Source: Rhodothermales bacterium (GTDB lineage: Bacteria > Bacteroidota > Rhodothermia > Rhodothermales > Bin80). Taken from it: a stretch of DNA of 64,000 nt. Numbering within the stretch: the stretch's first letter is position 1; every line of letters begins with the position of its first letter. Under the pieces are notes generated by a model. That model was not told where the DNA came from. It made no database searches and saw nothing but the letters and a program-made list of their open reading frames with translations. Made by a program: the position numbers and the translations under genes. The stretch spans positions 710,623 to 774,622 of the forward strand of contig OZ244148.1 of assembly GCA_965216255.1 (NCBI GenBank), written 5' to 3'. Of this stretch, positions 10,108 through 20,510 are shown piece by piece.

Positions 10108-10744
10108 ACCTTCAAGGTAGCTGCGGCATCCGGCCAATAACAAGACAGCGGCTTTTTGTACCTTCCAAGGTTTAATCTTCGAGGGCATCATGGCGGCAAT
10201 GAAGGGATGGGGCATCATCGGTGCCAGTACCATTGCCCGGCAGTATATGATTGGCGCCATAAACAGGCAGCCCGACAGCCGCGCCGTGGCCGTAATGAGC
10301 CGCTCCGCAGAACGCGGTAAGCTGTTCGCGCAGGCGTGCGGCATTCCGCGATCCTATGCCACCGTAGACGGGCTGCTGGCGGACCCTGATGTTGACATCG
10401 TATATATCTGTACGACGAACGAACGGCACAAGGCCGAAACGATCGCTGCCGCGCGCAGCGGCAAGCACGTACTCTGCGAGAAGCCGCTGGCGCTGAATGT
10501 GGGTGACGCCCGGGAAATGGTGGAGACCTGCGCGCACGCAGGCCTCGTTCTGGGCACAAATCATCACCTGCGCAACGCGATAACGCACCGTACACTGCGG
10601 CGGCTCATTGGCGAAGGCGCCATTGGAGAGCCCCTCGCCGCGCGCGTATTCCACGCTGTATTGCTGCCGGAAAATCTCCGCACATGGCGCATCCATGACC
10701 CCGGAACCGGCGGCGGAGTAATACTTGACATTACGGTCCACGAC
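9227..10744. repeat. Direct repeat copy B (partner of 3947-5464)
   Basis: See copy A. Beyond 10744 the oxidoreductase continues intact. Confidence 0.95.
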
Positions 10745-11203
10745 ACGGATACGCTTCGCTTCGTGCTGGACGACGAAGTGGAGGAAGTCACCGCGCTGTC
10801 TGCGCAGCAGGGTCTGGCCTCTGCAGGCCTCGAAGATACCGTTATGGGCGTCATGCGCTTCAAGGGCGGCCTCCTCGCCCAGTTCCACGATGCGTTCACG
10901 GTTGCGCATGCGGGCACAGGCATGGAAATCCACTGCACGGAAGGCTCGCTTATCGCAGAGGATGTAATGACGCAGAAGCCCATCGGCCAAGTCTTTCTCC
11001 GGCGGGCAGAGGGCCGCACGGCCGTCGCCCTGGGCACGCACGAAGACCTCTACACGCGGGCCGTTCGGCGCTTCAATCGTGCGGTCGACGGAGGCTGCGA
11101 GCCTGCCGCCACGGCAGAGAACGGCGTGCGTTCACTGGCCGTCGCCCTAGCCGTACTCGAGTCCGCGCGCACCGGCCGGCGCGTCAGGGTGCGCTACTCC
11201 TAG
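10190..11203 (+). CDS. Gfo/Idh/MocA-family NAD(P)-dependent oxidoreductase
   Basis: 337-aa ORF. It has the N-terminal Rossmann motif WGIIGASTIARQYMIGAI and ...VYICTTNERHKAETIAAARSGKHVLCEKPLAL (the EKP motif). Confidence 0.85.
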   Translation: MAAMKGWGIIGASTIARQYMIGAINRQPDSRAVAVMSRSAERGKLFAQACGIPRSYATVDGLLADPDVDIVYICTTNERHKAETIAAARSGKHVLCEKPLALNVGDAREMVETCAHAGLVLGTNHHLRNAITHRTLRRLIGEGAIGEPLAARVFHAVLLPENLRTWRIHDPGTGGGVILDITVHDTDTLRFVLDDEVEEVTALSAQQGLASAGLEDTVMGVMRFKGGLLAQFHDAFTVAHAGTGMEIHCTEGSLIAEDVMTQKPIGQVFLRRAEGRTAVALGTHEDLYTRAVRRFNRAVDGGCEPAATAENGVRSLAVALAVLESARTGRRVRVRYS

Positions 11204-11242
11204 TACCCCCATGCGCCTTCCCTCCAGGAGCCCTAAATCGGC

Positions 11243-12817
11243 GTGCATAGAACTGCCGAAGTCATCAGTCTTGAGGCGGCAGCCGCGCTCATTGCTGACG
11301 GGGCCGTAGTCACTGTCAGCGCCTCCAGTGGGCTCGAATGTCCGGATGCGCTGCTTGGGGCTATTGGCTCCCTGTTCCGGTCTTCGGGCCGGCCGCGGGG
11401 TCTTACGGCACTGCATCCCATCGCCGCTGGCGACATGTACGGCATGGACGGGGGCGATCACCTGGCCGAGGATGGCCAGCTGAAACGGGTGGTGGCGGGC
11501 TCGCTGCCTAGTGGCCCCTCCCGGATGCCGTCTCCCCGTATCTGGCGCATGATACGTGAGGACCGGATCGAGGCCTACAATCTGGCGAGCGGAATTCTGT
11601 ACCACATGCACCGCGAGGCGGCTGCCGGACGACCGGGCATACTCAGCAAGGTCGGCATGGACACGTTTGTCGATCCGAATCTACTGGGCGGCCGCATGAA
11701 CGCCAGATCTACGGAGGCCCTCGTCGAGCGCGTCACGTTTGATAACGACGAGTGGCTATACTACCGCGCAATACCCGTAGACGCCGCCATCATACGCGGC
11801 ACGACCGCAGACGAGCACGGAAATATTTTGACAGGACACGAAGGAGCGTTTCTGGGCATTTACGACCAGGCTCTCGCCGCCCATAACAACGGAGGTCTGG
11901 TCCTTGCGCAGGTAAAGCGCATCGTGAGAAGCGGCAGCATCGCGCCACAAGCCGTGCGTGTGCCCGGCGTGGACCATGTGGTGCTTGATCCAGCACAGAT
12001 ACAGATGACTGGAACGCCCTTTGAGCCGGCCATAAGCGGGGCGATCCAGCCACCGGACAGCTCTTTCGAATTCGCCCCCTGGACTCCGGCGAAGCCCATG
12101 GCCAGACGGGCTACCATGGAGCTGCGACGCGGCGAAGCGGTAAACCCTGGATTCGGCATTTCTGCCCTCGTGCCGCGCATCCTTCTGGAAGAAGGACTTA
12201 CGGACGCCGTAACTTGGGTCATTGAGCAGGGCGCCGTGGGCGGGGCTCCGCTCATGGATTTTCAGTGCGGCTGCGCCGCCGGAGCCGACGCCATCTTGGC
12301 CTCACCGGATCAATTCACCTACTTTCAGGGAGGAGGTTTTGACCGTGGCCTGCTATCGTTTCTCGAAAGAGACGGCGAAGGCAACGTAAACGTGTCCAGG
12401 CTCGAGGCCCGCCCGCACATCACAGCAGGTGTGGGCGACTTCATCGACATCACAGCTGCTGCCCTCCCTATCGTTTTCATCGGCTATTTTACGGCGGGCA
12501 GCCTGCACCTTCGCGTAGAGGACAAGCGCCTGCACATTGACTGCGAAGGGGTTGTGCAGAAGCTGGTTCCGCATGTCGAGCACGTAACCTTCAGTAGATA
12601 GCGCGCCCGAAAGATGCAGCAGGAATTTACCTACATCACCGAGCGCTGCGTCCTTCGCCTGGAAGACAGTGGCCTGGTAGCGACCGAGAGTGCGCCCGGC
12701 ACTGACCTTGAGCGCGACGTACTCGGACAGACGCGGCTTGCGCTTGGCGTAAGCCCGGCCGTTCGCACCATGGACGCACGCTTCTTCCATCCGGACCCCA
12801 TTGGCCTGACGTTCTGA
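11243..12817 (+). pseudogene. Acyl-CoA:acetate/3-ketoacid CoA-transferase (YdiF-like) interrupted by one in-frame TAG
   Basis: ORFs 11243..12601 and 12614..12817 are in the same frame. The only interruption is TAG at 12599-12601 (..VTFSR*RARKMQQEFTYITERCVLRL..SAPGTDLERDVL..MDARFF). The C-terminal piece is the conserved family tail. Confidence 0.75.
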
Positions 12818-12823
12818 AGCACC

Positions 12824-13576
12824 ATGGCTACTGTAGACCTCCGTGAGCTAGGGCCTGTTGCCGTGGTCACGCTGGCACGCCCCGAGAAACTCAACGCGCT
12901 GGACCCGGCGATGCTGCGCGCACTCGACGAGGCGGTGGCCTCGCTGGAGCAAAGCGCGCACGTGCGCGCCGTCGTCTTGGCCGCAGCCGGCGAGCGGGCC
13001 TTCTGTGTAGGGGCCGATATTCATGCCTGGGCCTCGCTGAGCCCCCTGGACGTGTGGCGCACGTGGATCCGGGAAGGGCACCGCGTAGTGGAGCGCCTGG
13101 CGCAGCTGCGCATGCCCGTTCTTGCCGCCATCCAAGACTATGCGCTGGGGGGCGGCCTGAAGATATCCCTGGCAGCAGACCTGCGCATAGCCGCAGATAC
13201 GGCATCTTTCGGCATGCCTGATGTCTCCATCGCCACCGTTCCGGGCTGGGGCGGCACATCCAGGCTTCCGGCCCTGATAGGGTCGGCCCGCGCCAAGGAG
13301 ATGATATTTCTGGGCCGCCGCATCAGTGCACCCGTGGCCATGGATTGCGGACTGGTTAACGCGGTCATGCCACGGGCCGAGGTGTTGGCGCACGCCCTGG
13401 AACTGGCCCAGCACATTGCGGCACAGGCTCCGGTGCAAATGGCTAAGGAAATCATCAACGGCGATGCACCCACGCTGGAGGCCCCGGCGGGTGCGCTGTC
13501 CGCCTTCACGAAGGATGCCGGGGAAGGCTTGGCCAGCTTCACTGAGCGGCGCCCCAACAGCTACCAGGGGCAGTGA
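12824..13576 (+). CDS. Enoyl-CoA hydratase/isomerase (crotonase) family protein
   Basis: 250 aa with the motifs VAVVTLARPEKLNAL, RAVVLAAAGERAFCVGADI, PVLAAIQDYALGGGLKISLAADLRIA. Confidence 0.85.
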   Translation: MATVDLRELGPVAVVTLARPEKLNALDPAMLRALDEAVASLEQSAHVRAVVLAAAGERAFCVGADIHAWASLSPLDVWRTWIREGHRVVERLAQLRMPVLAAIQDYALGGGLKISLAADLRIAADTASFGMPDVSIATVPGWGGTSRLPALIGSARAKEMIFLGRRISAPVAMDCGLVNAVMPRAEVLAHALELAQHIAAQAPVQMAKEIINGDAPTLEAPAGALSAFTKDAGEGLASFTERRPNSYQGQ

Positions 13577-13577
13577 A

Positions 13578-15161
13578 ATGGATACGTACGACTACATCGT
13601 TGTCGGAGCCGGCGCCAGCGGCTGTGTAGTGGCAAGCAGGCTCAGCGAAGATGCTCGCACGCGCGTTCTTCTCTTGGAGGCCGGGGGGGCGGACGCATCG
13701 CCGCTCATCCACATGCCCGCAGGGTTCACCAAGCTCACAGGGCCGAAGGTGAACTGGGGATTCCGGACCGTGCCGCAGAAGCATGTGGATAGCCGCGAGA
13801 TGCATTACCCGCAGGAACGTACCCTCGGGGGCAGCACCTCCATCAACGCCATGATCTATATCCGGGGCCACCGACTGGATTTCGACGAGTGGAAGGCACT
13901 GGGGTGCGACGGCTGGGGCTACGATGACGTGCTGCCATTTTTCCGGAAGTCGGAACACAATGAGCGGTTCGTCAATCGGTATCACGCCCAGGGCGGAGAG
14001 CTCAGCGTGGCAGACCAGACCCAGCACAACGTCCTAACCAGAGCCTTCGTGCGGGCGGCACAGCAGATAGGCATCAGGTACAACCCGGACCTGAACGGTA
14101 GCGAGCAGGACGGCGTAAGCTATTACCAGGTCACGCAGCGAAACGTGCGCCGCGAGAGCGCGGCCACCGCCTTCATCCGGGCCCAGGAGCAGCGGCCGAA
14201 TTTGGAGGTGCGCACACATGCCCAGGCATCGCGGGTTATTCTGGAAAAGGGCCGGGCCCGCGGCGTGGCGTACATACGTGGCCGCCGCCGCATGGAAAGG
14301 GTGTATGCCGAGCGCGAGGTGATCCTCAGCGGCGGCGCTGTCAATTCGCCCAAGCTTCTCCTGCTCTCCGGCATTGGTCCTGCGGACGAGTTGCTACGGC
14401 ACGGCATCATCGTCGAGCATGACCTACCCGGCGTGGGCAGAAATTTTCAGGACCACATGGACGTGTACATAGCAGCCGCGTGCAGCCAGCCCGTCAGCTA
14501 CAATGGACACGGCAGGTGGAACCGGGCGCTGCGGCACGGCCTGCAGTACATGCTCTACAAAACGGGCCCGGTAACGGCATGTGTGGCGGAAGCCGGCTGC
14601 TTCGTGCGCAGCTCCAGCGATGTACGCTCGCCGGATATCCAGATCCACTGCCTGCCCGCGTATGTGGTGGACCATGGCCGCATCCGCGGGCACGGCATCA
14701 CCATCAGCACGTGCAACCTGCGCCCCAATAGCATCGGTTCCGTGACGCTGCGCAGCGCTGATCCACTAGATATGCCGGCCATCGATCCGAATTTCCTGGA
14801 CGACCCATACGATTTACGCATCTCGACTGAGGGCTTTCGGTGGGGTCGGCGAATTCTTGCCGCCCCTTCGCTGCGGCCCTTCATCGATAAAGAACTGCTT
14901 CCCGGCGCCGGGACCCGGACAGATGAAGACATTGCCACCTACATTCGCAAGTGGTCCAAGAATGACTACCACCCAGCGGGCTCCTGCAAGATGGGATGCG
15001 ACGAGGCTGCCGTGGTGGATCCCCGACTGCACGTGCACGGCATCGAAGGACTCCGCGTCATAGACGCCTCCATCATGCCGCGCCTCGTTAGCGGCAACAC
15101 GCAGGCCACCTCCATCATGATCGGCGAAAAAGGGGCAGCCATGATCCAGGAAACCGCCTGA
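13578..15161 (+). CDS. GMC-family FAD oxidoreductase (choline/alcohol dehydrogenase-like)
   Basis: The real start is probably ATG 13578 (MDTYDYIVVGAGASGCVVASRLSED, the FAD GxGxxG motif). GMC signatures are present: GGSTSINAMIYIRG and ...HPAGSCKMG...VHGIEGLRVIDASIMP. Confidence 0.9.
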   Translation: MDTYDYIVVGAGASGCVVASRLSEDARTRVLLLEAGGADASPLIHMPAGFTKLTGPKVNWGFRTVPQKHVDSREMHYPQERTLGGSTSINAMIYIRGHRLDFDEWKALGCDGWGYDDVLPFFRKSEHNERFVNRYHAQGGELSVADQTQHNVLTRAFVRAAQQIGIRYNPDLNGSEQDGVSYYQVTQRNVRRESAATAFIRAQEQRPNLEVRTHAQASRVILEKGRARGVAYIRGRRRMERVYAEREVILSGGAVNSPKLLLLSGIGPADELLRHGIIVEHDLPGVGRNFQDHMDVYIAAACSQPVSYNGHGRWNRALRHGLQYMLYKTGPVTACVAEAGCFVRSSSDVRSPDIQIHCLPAYVVDHGRIRGHGITISTCNLRPNSIGSVTLRSADPLDMPAIDPNFLDDPYDLRISTEGFRWGRRILAAPSLRPFIDKELLPGAGTRTDEDIATYIRKWSKNDYHPAGSCKMGCDEAAVVDPRLHVHGIEGLRVIDASIMPRLVSGNTQATSIMIGEKGAAMIQETA

Positions 15162-15177
15162 GAAGACTCCGGAAGCC

Positions 15178-16644
15178 ATGACCCTACCGGCCGAACGCCT
15201 CCAGGCACTCATGTGGATTGGTGGCAAGGAAGCCGAAGCTGAGACCGCCAAGCGGTTCGACACCACGAATCCGGCACACGACACGGGCATCGCCTCCTAT
15301 CCCCTGGCGGGACCGCGTGATGTCGATGCGGCGGTCGCCGCAGCCAGAGCCGCGTTCGATAGCGGCCCGTGGCCGCGCATGCCCGGGCGCCATCGCGCCC
15401 GCATGCTGCACGGCGTAGCAGGCCTCATCCGCTCGGGAATCAAGGAACTGGCCTGCTTCGAGACGCTGGAGAGCGACAAGCCCATTGCGCAGGCCCGCGG
15501 AGAAGTGAAGGCCGCGGTAGATTTATGGGACTACGCTGCGGCGCTTGCCAGGCACAGTTATGGCGACACCTGCAATACGCTGGGGCCGGACAAGCTGGGC
15601 TTTGTACTGCGGGAGCCAGCCGGGGTGGTGGGCATGATCACACCGTGGAACTTTCCCCTGCTCATCATCAGCCAGTAGCTTCCCGTTGCGCTTGCGACGG
15701 GCTGCACGGCCGTCGTCAAGCCCAGCGAGCTGACGCCCGGCACCACGCTGCGGCTCAGCTGTCTGTGCCATGAACCCGGCCTGCCCGAAGGCGTAGTGAA
15801 TGTGGTCACCGGCTACGGAGTGCCAGCCGGAAGCCGCCTCGCAGAGCACCCGGACGTGGACGCGCTTTCCTTTACCGGCTCCGCGCGCGTGGGCCGGCGC
15901 ATCGCCTCGGTCGCCGGCACAGGACTCAAAAAAGTGTCGCTCGAGCTGGGCGGCAAGAACCCCCACATCGTCTTTAGCGACAGCAACCTGGAAGCGGCGC
16001 TTGACGCCGTCGTCTTTGGCGTCTACTTCAACATGAGCGAATGCTGCAACTGCGGTAGCCGGCTGCTCTTGGAGCGCCCCATCGCCGAACAGTTCATCGA
16101 GCGCGCCCAGGCCGTGCCCGTCGGGGATCCCCTCCTGGAGGAGACCAAGGTAGGGGCCATCATCAATCAAGACCAGCTGGACAAGATCCTTTCCTACGTC
16201 CAGACAGGCAAGGAGGACGGCGCAGCGCTTCGGCTCGATGGCCACAGGCTCTCCACGCCGTGCGGACGCTTCGTAGCACCGACCGTATTCAACCAGGTAA
16301 GCCCATCCATGTCCATAGCACGGGATGAAATCTTCGGTCCGGTACTCTCGGTGCTGACGTTCGACACCGTTGACGAGGCCATCTCCATGGCCAACGACAC
16401 GCTGTACGGGCTTAGCGCCGGGGTATGGACGCAGAATGTAGATACCGCCTTTCAGGTGAGCCGCAGCGTGCGGGCTGGCACGATCTGGATCAACTTCTTT
16501 ATGGACGGCTATGCCGAGCTGCCGTTTGGCGGGTACCGTGAAAGCGGCCTGGGCCGTGAATTGGGCCGCTTCTCGGCGGACGAGTTCACGGAAATCAAGA
16601 CGGTGCAGCTGCACCTGGGCTCCAGCAGATCTCCCAGGCTGTAG
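15178..16644 (+). pseudogene. NAD-dependent aldehyde dehydrogenase interrupted by one in-frame TAG
   Basis: ORFs 15178..15678 and 15796..16644 share a frame. My translation across the gap (LPVALATGCTAVVKPSELTPGTT...) has no further stop. TAG at 15676-15678 sits in the motif PWNFPLLIISQ*LPVALA, where a Lys is usual. Downstream motifs ELGGKNP and ...EEIFGPV-like DEIFGPVLSV are intact. Confidence 0.8.
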
Positions 16645-16658
16645 ACCACTGCCAAATC

Positions 16659-17051
16659 ATGAAGCGAATTATTGCCGCCCCCCTCCTTGATCTTGGCTGT
16701 GCCACAGAAAAGACCCCTTCCGTGGAAGTGTTCTCCTGGTGGACTTCCGGCGGGGAGGCCGCCGCCCTTCAATCCGTTTTTGATGCCTACCGGGAGGCGT
16801 ATCCGGCCGGTCCGATTGTGGACGCTTCCATCGCTGGTGGCGGCGGCTCGGCTGCCAGGCCCGTGCTGCAGACAAGGCTCGTAGGCGGCAACCCGCCGGA
16901 TTTGTGGCAAACCCACCATGGGGCGGAGGTCATGGGCCAGTACGTGGCGCCGGGCTTTGCGGCCCCGCTGCATGACCTGTATTCGGTGCTCCCTGAGCTG
17001 AGTAGCAAAATAGATGATCATATCGCATCTTTATTCTTGATTTTCCAGTAG
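16659..17051 (+). pseudogene. ABC-transporter sugar-type solute-binding lipoprotein, only the first ~115 codons
   Basis: MKRIIAAPLLDLGCA (lipobox), then VEVFSWWTSGGEAAALQSVFDAYREAYP...GGNPPDLWQTHHGAEV, typical of family-1 SBPs. Homology stops near 17005-17010, where mobile-element debris begins. Confidence 0.7.
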
Positions 17052-17303
17052 CACATCAACCAGGACGCGCAGCTCCGCAAGATCGTCCGGCCGCAACCAT
17101 GCGCGACCCGCTGAAGCCCGCTCGAAGTCGTCCACATGGCGCAGATTGGTCCACGCCACCGGAATGCCGCGCAGCCTGTGGGCATCTACTACACAGCGCA
17201 CGCTCGGCTCTCGCCCTCCAGTCTGGCAATAGTGGACGCTAGGCCGTCCGGCCACGCCACGGATGGAACGGATGTGTAATCGTTACTACGTCGGAAGAAG
17301 CAG

Positions 17304-17675
17304 GTGTCTGCTCTGTCGGGGCATGTCGGAGCCGCCACAGATCCACCTCCGTCGCAGTTCGCAACCCGCAATAATAATGGCGTGGGAAATGTGATACGCC
17401 CCATTGCTTTGGGACGGAAGAACTACTTGTTTGCGGGATCGCATGCAGCGGCCCAGCGGGCAGCGGTGATCCATTCGCTATTGGGTACGTGCAAGCAGCA
17501 TGGGGTCAATCCCCAGGAGTGGCTCGGCGACGTGCTGCGTCGCATACCGACGCATCCCATGAAGCGGGTCCAGGAACTGTCGCCCCACCGCTGGCAGGCA
17601 CACGGGTAAGCCGTTTTTTCTCCGGCAGAAGGCCGACCAAGAATTTGCCATTCTGCGGGGCACCGGACGCTTGTC
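17304..17675 (+). mobile_element. IS66-family transposase C-terminal fragment plus degenerate right end
   Basis: RKNYLFAGSHAAAQRAAVIHSLLGTCKQHGVNPQEWLGDVLRRIPTHPMKRVQELSPHRW is the conserved IS66 tail. The IR-like sequence CACCGGACGCTTGTC lies at 17661-17675. Confidence 0.8.
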
Positions 17676-17739
17676 TGCGAAGCGTTAGTGAGCGATGCAC
17701 TACGCCTACGATACACCAGAGGCGTCCGCTTTATCCTAT

Positions 17740-18065
17740 TACTTGGCTCAAGGACGTGCTCTTCCGAATCCCGACACATCCGAACAAGCACGTCCGCGAA
17801 CTGCTGCCGCATGACTGGAAGACGCTGCGCGAATCCGCGCCTGCATTGGCGGCATAGCCGTCGCCACAGCGCCGTGCTACGCAACAGGCCCTCGCGTGAC
17901 CGCGATCGTAGTATGAAGCCCGCTCATGATGGCCCGCCAGCGAGCCCAGCAGGGTAGCGGCCGCTACGCTTCAAAAAAATCCTGGAGTCTTACGCATCCA
18001 CGACTGAGCCATTCGCCTGCGAATACCCATCCATACAAATCAGATGTACTTCACCGGACGGATAC
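17740..18065 (+). mobile_element. Second IS66-family 3' fragment with right terminal repeat
   Basis: ...ITWLKDVLFRIPTHPNKHVRELLPHDWK. It ends with TGTACTTCACCGGACGGATAC (18045-18065). That parallels the IS66 end CTGTAGTTGGCCGGACGCTTAC at 63785-63806. Confidence 0.7.
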
Positions 18066-19159
18066 GTATCCACGGCCATCATCCTGCTGCACGTCCCGCT
18101 CAAGATCTTTGACCTGGTCTTTTCCATGTCGGGTGTCGGTCCCCGGGCTTTGCCGCCGATGTACCGTAAGCGGCTGGGAAGGCGCGCTTTCGCTCAATGC
18201 GGATGTCACGACGGCGACGCTCGGTGCGGATTGCGGCTGGGCGAGCGGCATCCAGGCGGGCTCCTGATGGCGCACAGCCAGTCGGCGGGTGATTTTGACG
18301 CGTACGCAGCAAGTGGAGAGGCCAGATCCAGGCTTACAGCGTTGTATCCCTACGTGAGCTACCGCCTGGCCTCCAGCCACCTCTGGGCGCTGGGGGGGAG
18401 TGCGGGACGTGGGTTGGTGGAGGTGGAAGGAGAGCAGGTGTTGGAGACGGAACTGGGTTCAGCCCTTCTGGCAGCGGGGACTGTCGGAAAGGTGGCTACC
18501 GGTCAGAGGGTGCAGCTTGCCTACGAGGGGAACGTTTTTCTTGTGCGCGCGGAGGCAGAGGAGACGGTCCAGGTCAGTCGTGTCCGGACGGGGTTGGAAG
18601 GCAGCGTGGCACTCGGCCGGTCTTTGCGCCCGTACCTGGAGGCGGCGCTATGGCACGACGGCGGGGATGCGGAGACGGGGCTGGAAGTGGGTGGAGGTTT
18701 GCGAATGCAGCATTCGGCAGGCAAGCTGCGGGCAGAGCTCAGCAGTCGCGGCTTGCTGGCACATGCAAGTAGCGAGCTGGCGGAATGGGCAGTAGCGGCG
18801 GCGCTGCACTACGGTGCGCCGCAGGGTCTCGGCCCCATGGCCGAGATCCGTCCGATGTGGGGGGGGGCACAGTCGGGTGGGCTGCAGGCGCTCTGGCGCC
18901 ATTGCCGATGCGGCGATCAGCATGCCAGGTCAAAGGCGCATCGAAGTGCGTCTGGCATACGGCACGCGCCTGGCTAAGGACATCGGCGTGGCCAAACCCG
19001 TGCTCGGAGTAACCCTGCGAGGCAGCGGCCGGCACTACCGCCTGGGCTACGAAGTGGCCACACAGTCTGGATTCACGGTGTCCGCTGCCGGCACAGCCTG
19101 GGAGAGCTCGCCCTGGCGGCCCTTACGGACTCACGGCGCGCGCGGCGCTGAAGTGGTGA
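18066..19159 (+). pseudogene. Autotransporter-type beta-barrel domain remnant (passenger missing, frameshifted)
   Basis: ...ALWHDGGDAETGLEVGGGLRMQHSAGKLRAELSSRGLLAHASSELAEWAVAAALHYGAPQGLGPMAEIRPMWGG.. in frame 0. It continues in two other frames and ends YGLTARAALKW* (stop at 19157-19159). It begins right after the IS66 end. Confidence 0.55.
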
Positions 19160-19272
19160 GATCAAGGCACGTGCCTGGTGGAGTGGGGACCTCGGGTGGC
19201 GGAGACGGCCACAGATTCATTAGCGCAGCCGGCTACCCAAGTATAGCCGCGCGGCGCGGCAGGAAGATTCCC

Positions 19273-20510
19273 TTAGCGGAAAAGCGTCATCTTGCCCGAG
19301 GCAATAAGTGTCTCCGCCTCCGCCCGGATCCGGTACAGGTATGTTCCAGACGGGGCACCTCCAAGGTCAAGGTCCAACCTGCGATTGTAGCCCGCTTCCA
19401 CCGGACGTGCATGGGTCGTTGTGCGCAGCCGGCCCACCAAGTCTATAACCTCAATGGACACCAGAGCGGGCGCCGGAAGATCGAATATTACCGTGGTGGA
19501 CGAATTAAACGGATTGGGATAGTTGCCCCGTAGAGCAAAGGTAGCGGGCAATTCCGGACCTGCGTCCACTGTTGATGTAGGCCCTGTGACCTCGACCGAA
19601 AAGGTGAGCGCGCCGGCTAGGCCATGCGGATCACGGGCCTCGTACATGAAATCCGTTCTCTGAAAGATGTCCGAGGGCGTGCCGCTCAGCACGCGCGCGT
19701 CAGGATCAAAAGCAAGGCCGGCAGGAAGCTCAGGGCTCAGGGCATAGACCAGCGGAGGCGCGCCCCCCGCGGCCAGCGGCAGCGTCGTGCTCGCTATCTC
19801 GACACCCTTCGTGTATGCCTTGTCGTCTATGGTCCGCGCAAAGGAGATGCAATTGGGCCCCGCTGCATCGTCTATCGCCCCCAGCCAATCCTGGAAGTCC
19901 GCGTCCACGGGCGCACACAGTGCCTGCCCCTGAAAATGCAGCCGCTCGACGATGTCCAGACGCATGAGGCTCTCCGGCAGCTCTCCGCCAAGACGGTTGT
20001 GATCCACATCCAGACTGCGTATGGCGGCCAAGCTACCAAATTCGTCCGGCACGCTTCCCGTGAGATCGTTGCCCGAGAGATCAAGCCGCACCAGCTCCGA
20101 AAGATTGCCGAGCTCGCGCGGAATCTCTCCCGTCAGATGGTTGCCATCCAACCCCAGACCGGTCAGCCGGTGGAGCCTGCCTAGCTCCCGAGGTATGGCT
20201 CCCTCAAGATCATTGTCCTGCATCCACAGAGACTCCAGCCGCTTAAGCGATCCAAGTTCGCGCAGAATCTCTCCCGTGAGTGCGTTATCGGACAGAATCA
20301 GGTTCTCCAGACTTGCCACGCTGCCCAACGCAGGCGGAATCTCTCCGCTCAGCTCGTTGTAGCCCAAATCCAGGGACGCGAGACTGACGAGACTGGCGAA
20401 CGAGGCTGGTATCCTTCCCGTCAAGCGATTGAAACCCACACTGAGCCGGGAAAGCGCCGCAAGATCGCCCAGCGCACTCGGCAAGGAGTCCGTGAGTGCG
20501 TTGTCAGCAT
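19273..20510 (-). pseudogene. 5'-truncated paralog of the LRR surface protein (plant-type LRRs, He_PIG-like Ig domain, T9SS C-terminal sorting domain)
   Basis: 24-residue repeats LxxLxxLxLxxNxLxGxIPxxLG. Then YALSPELPAGLAFDPDARVLSGTP. Then the CTD FALRGNYPNPFNSSTTVIFDLP...GTYLYRIRAE. The reading frame opens just after a stop near 20513 in mid-repeat (..NADNALTDSLPSALGDL), with no signal peptide. Confidence 0.8.
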
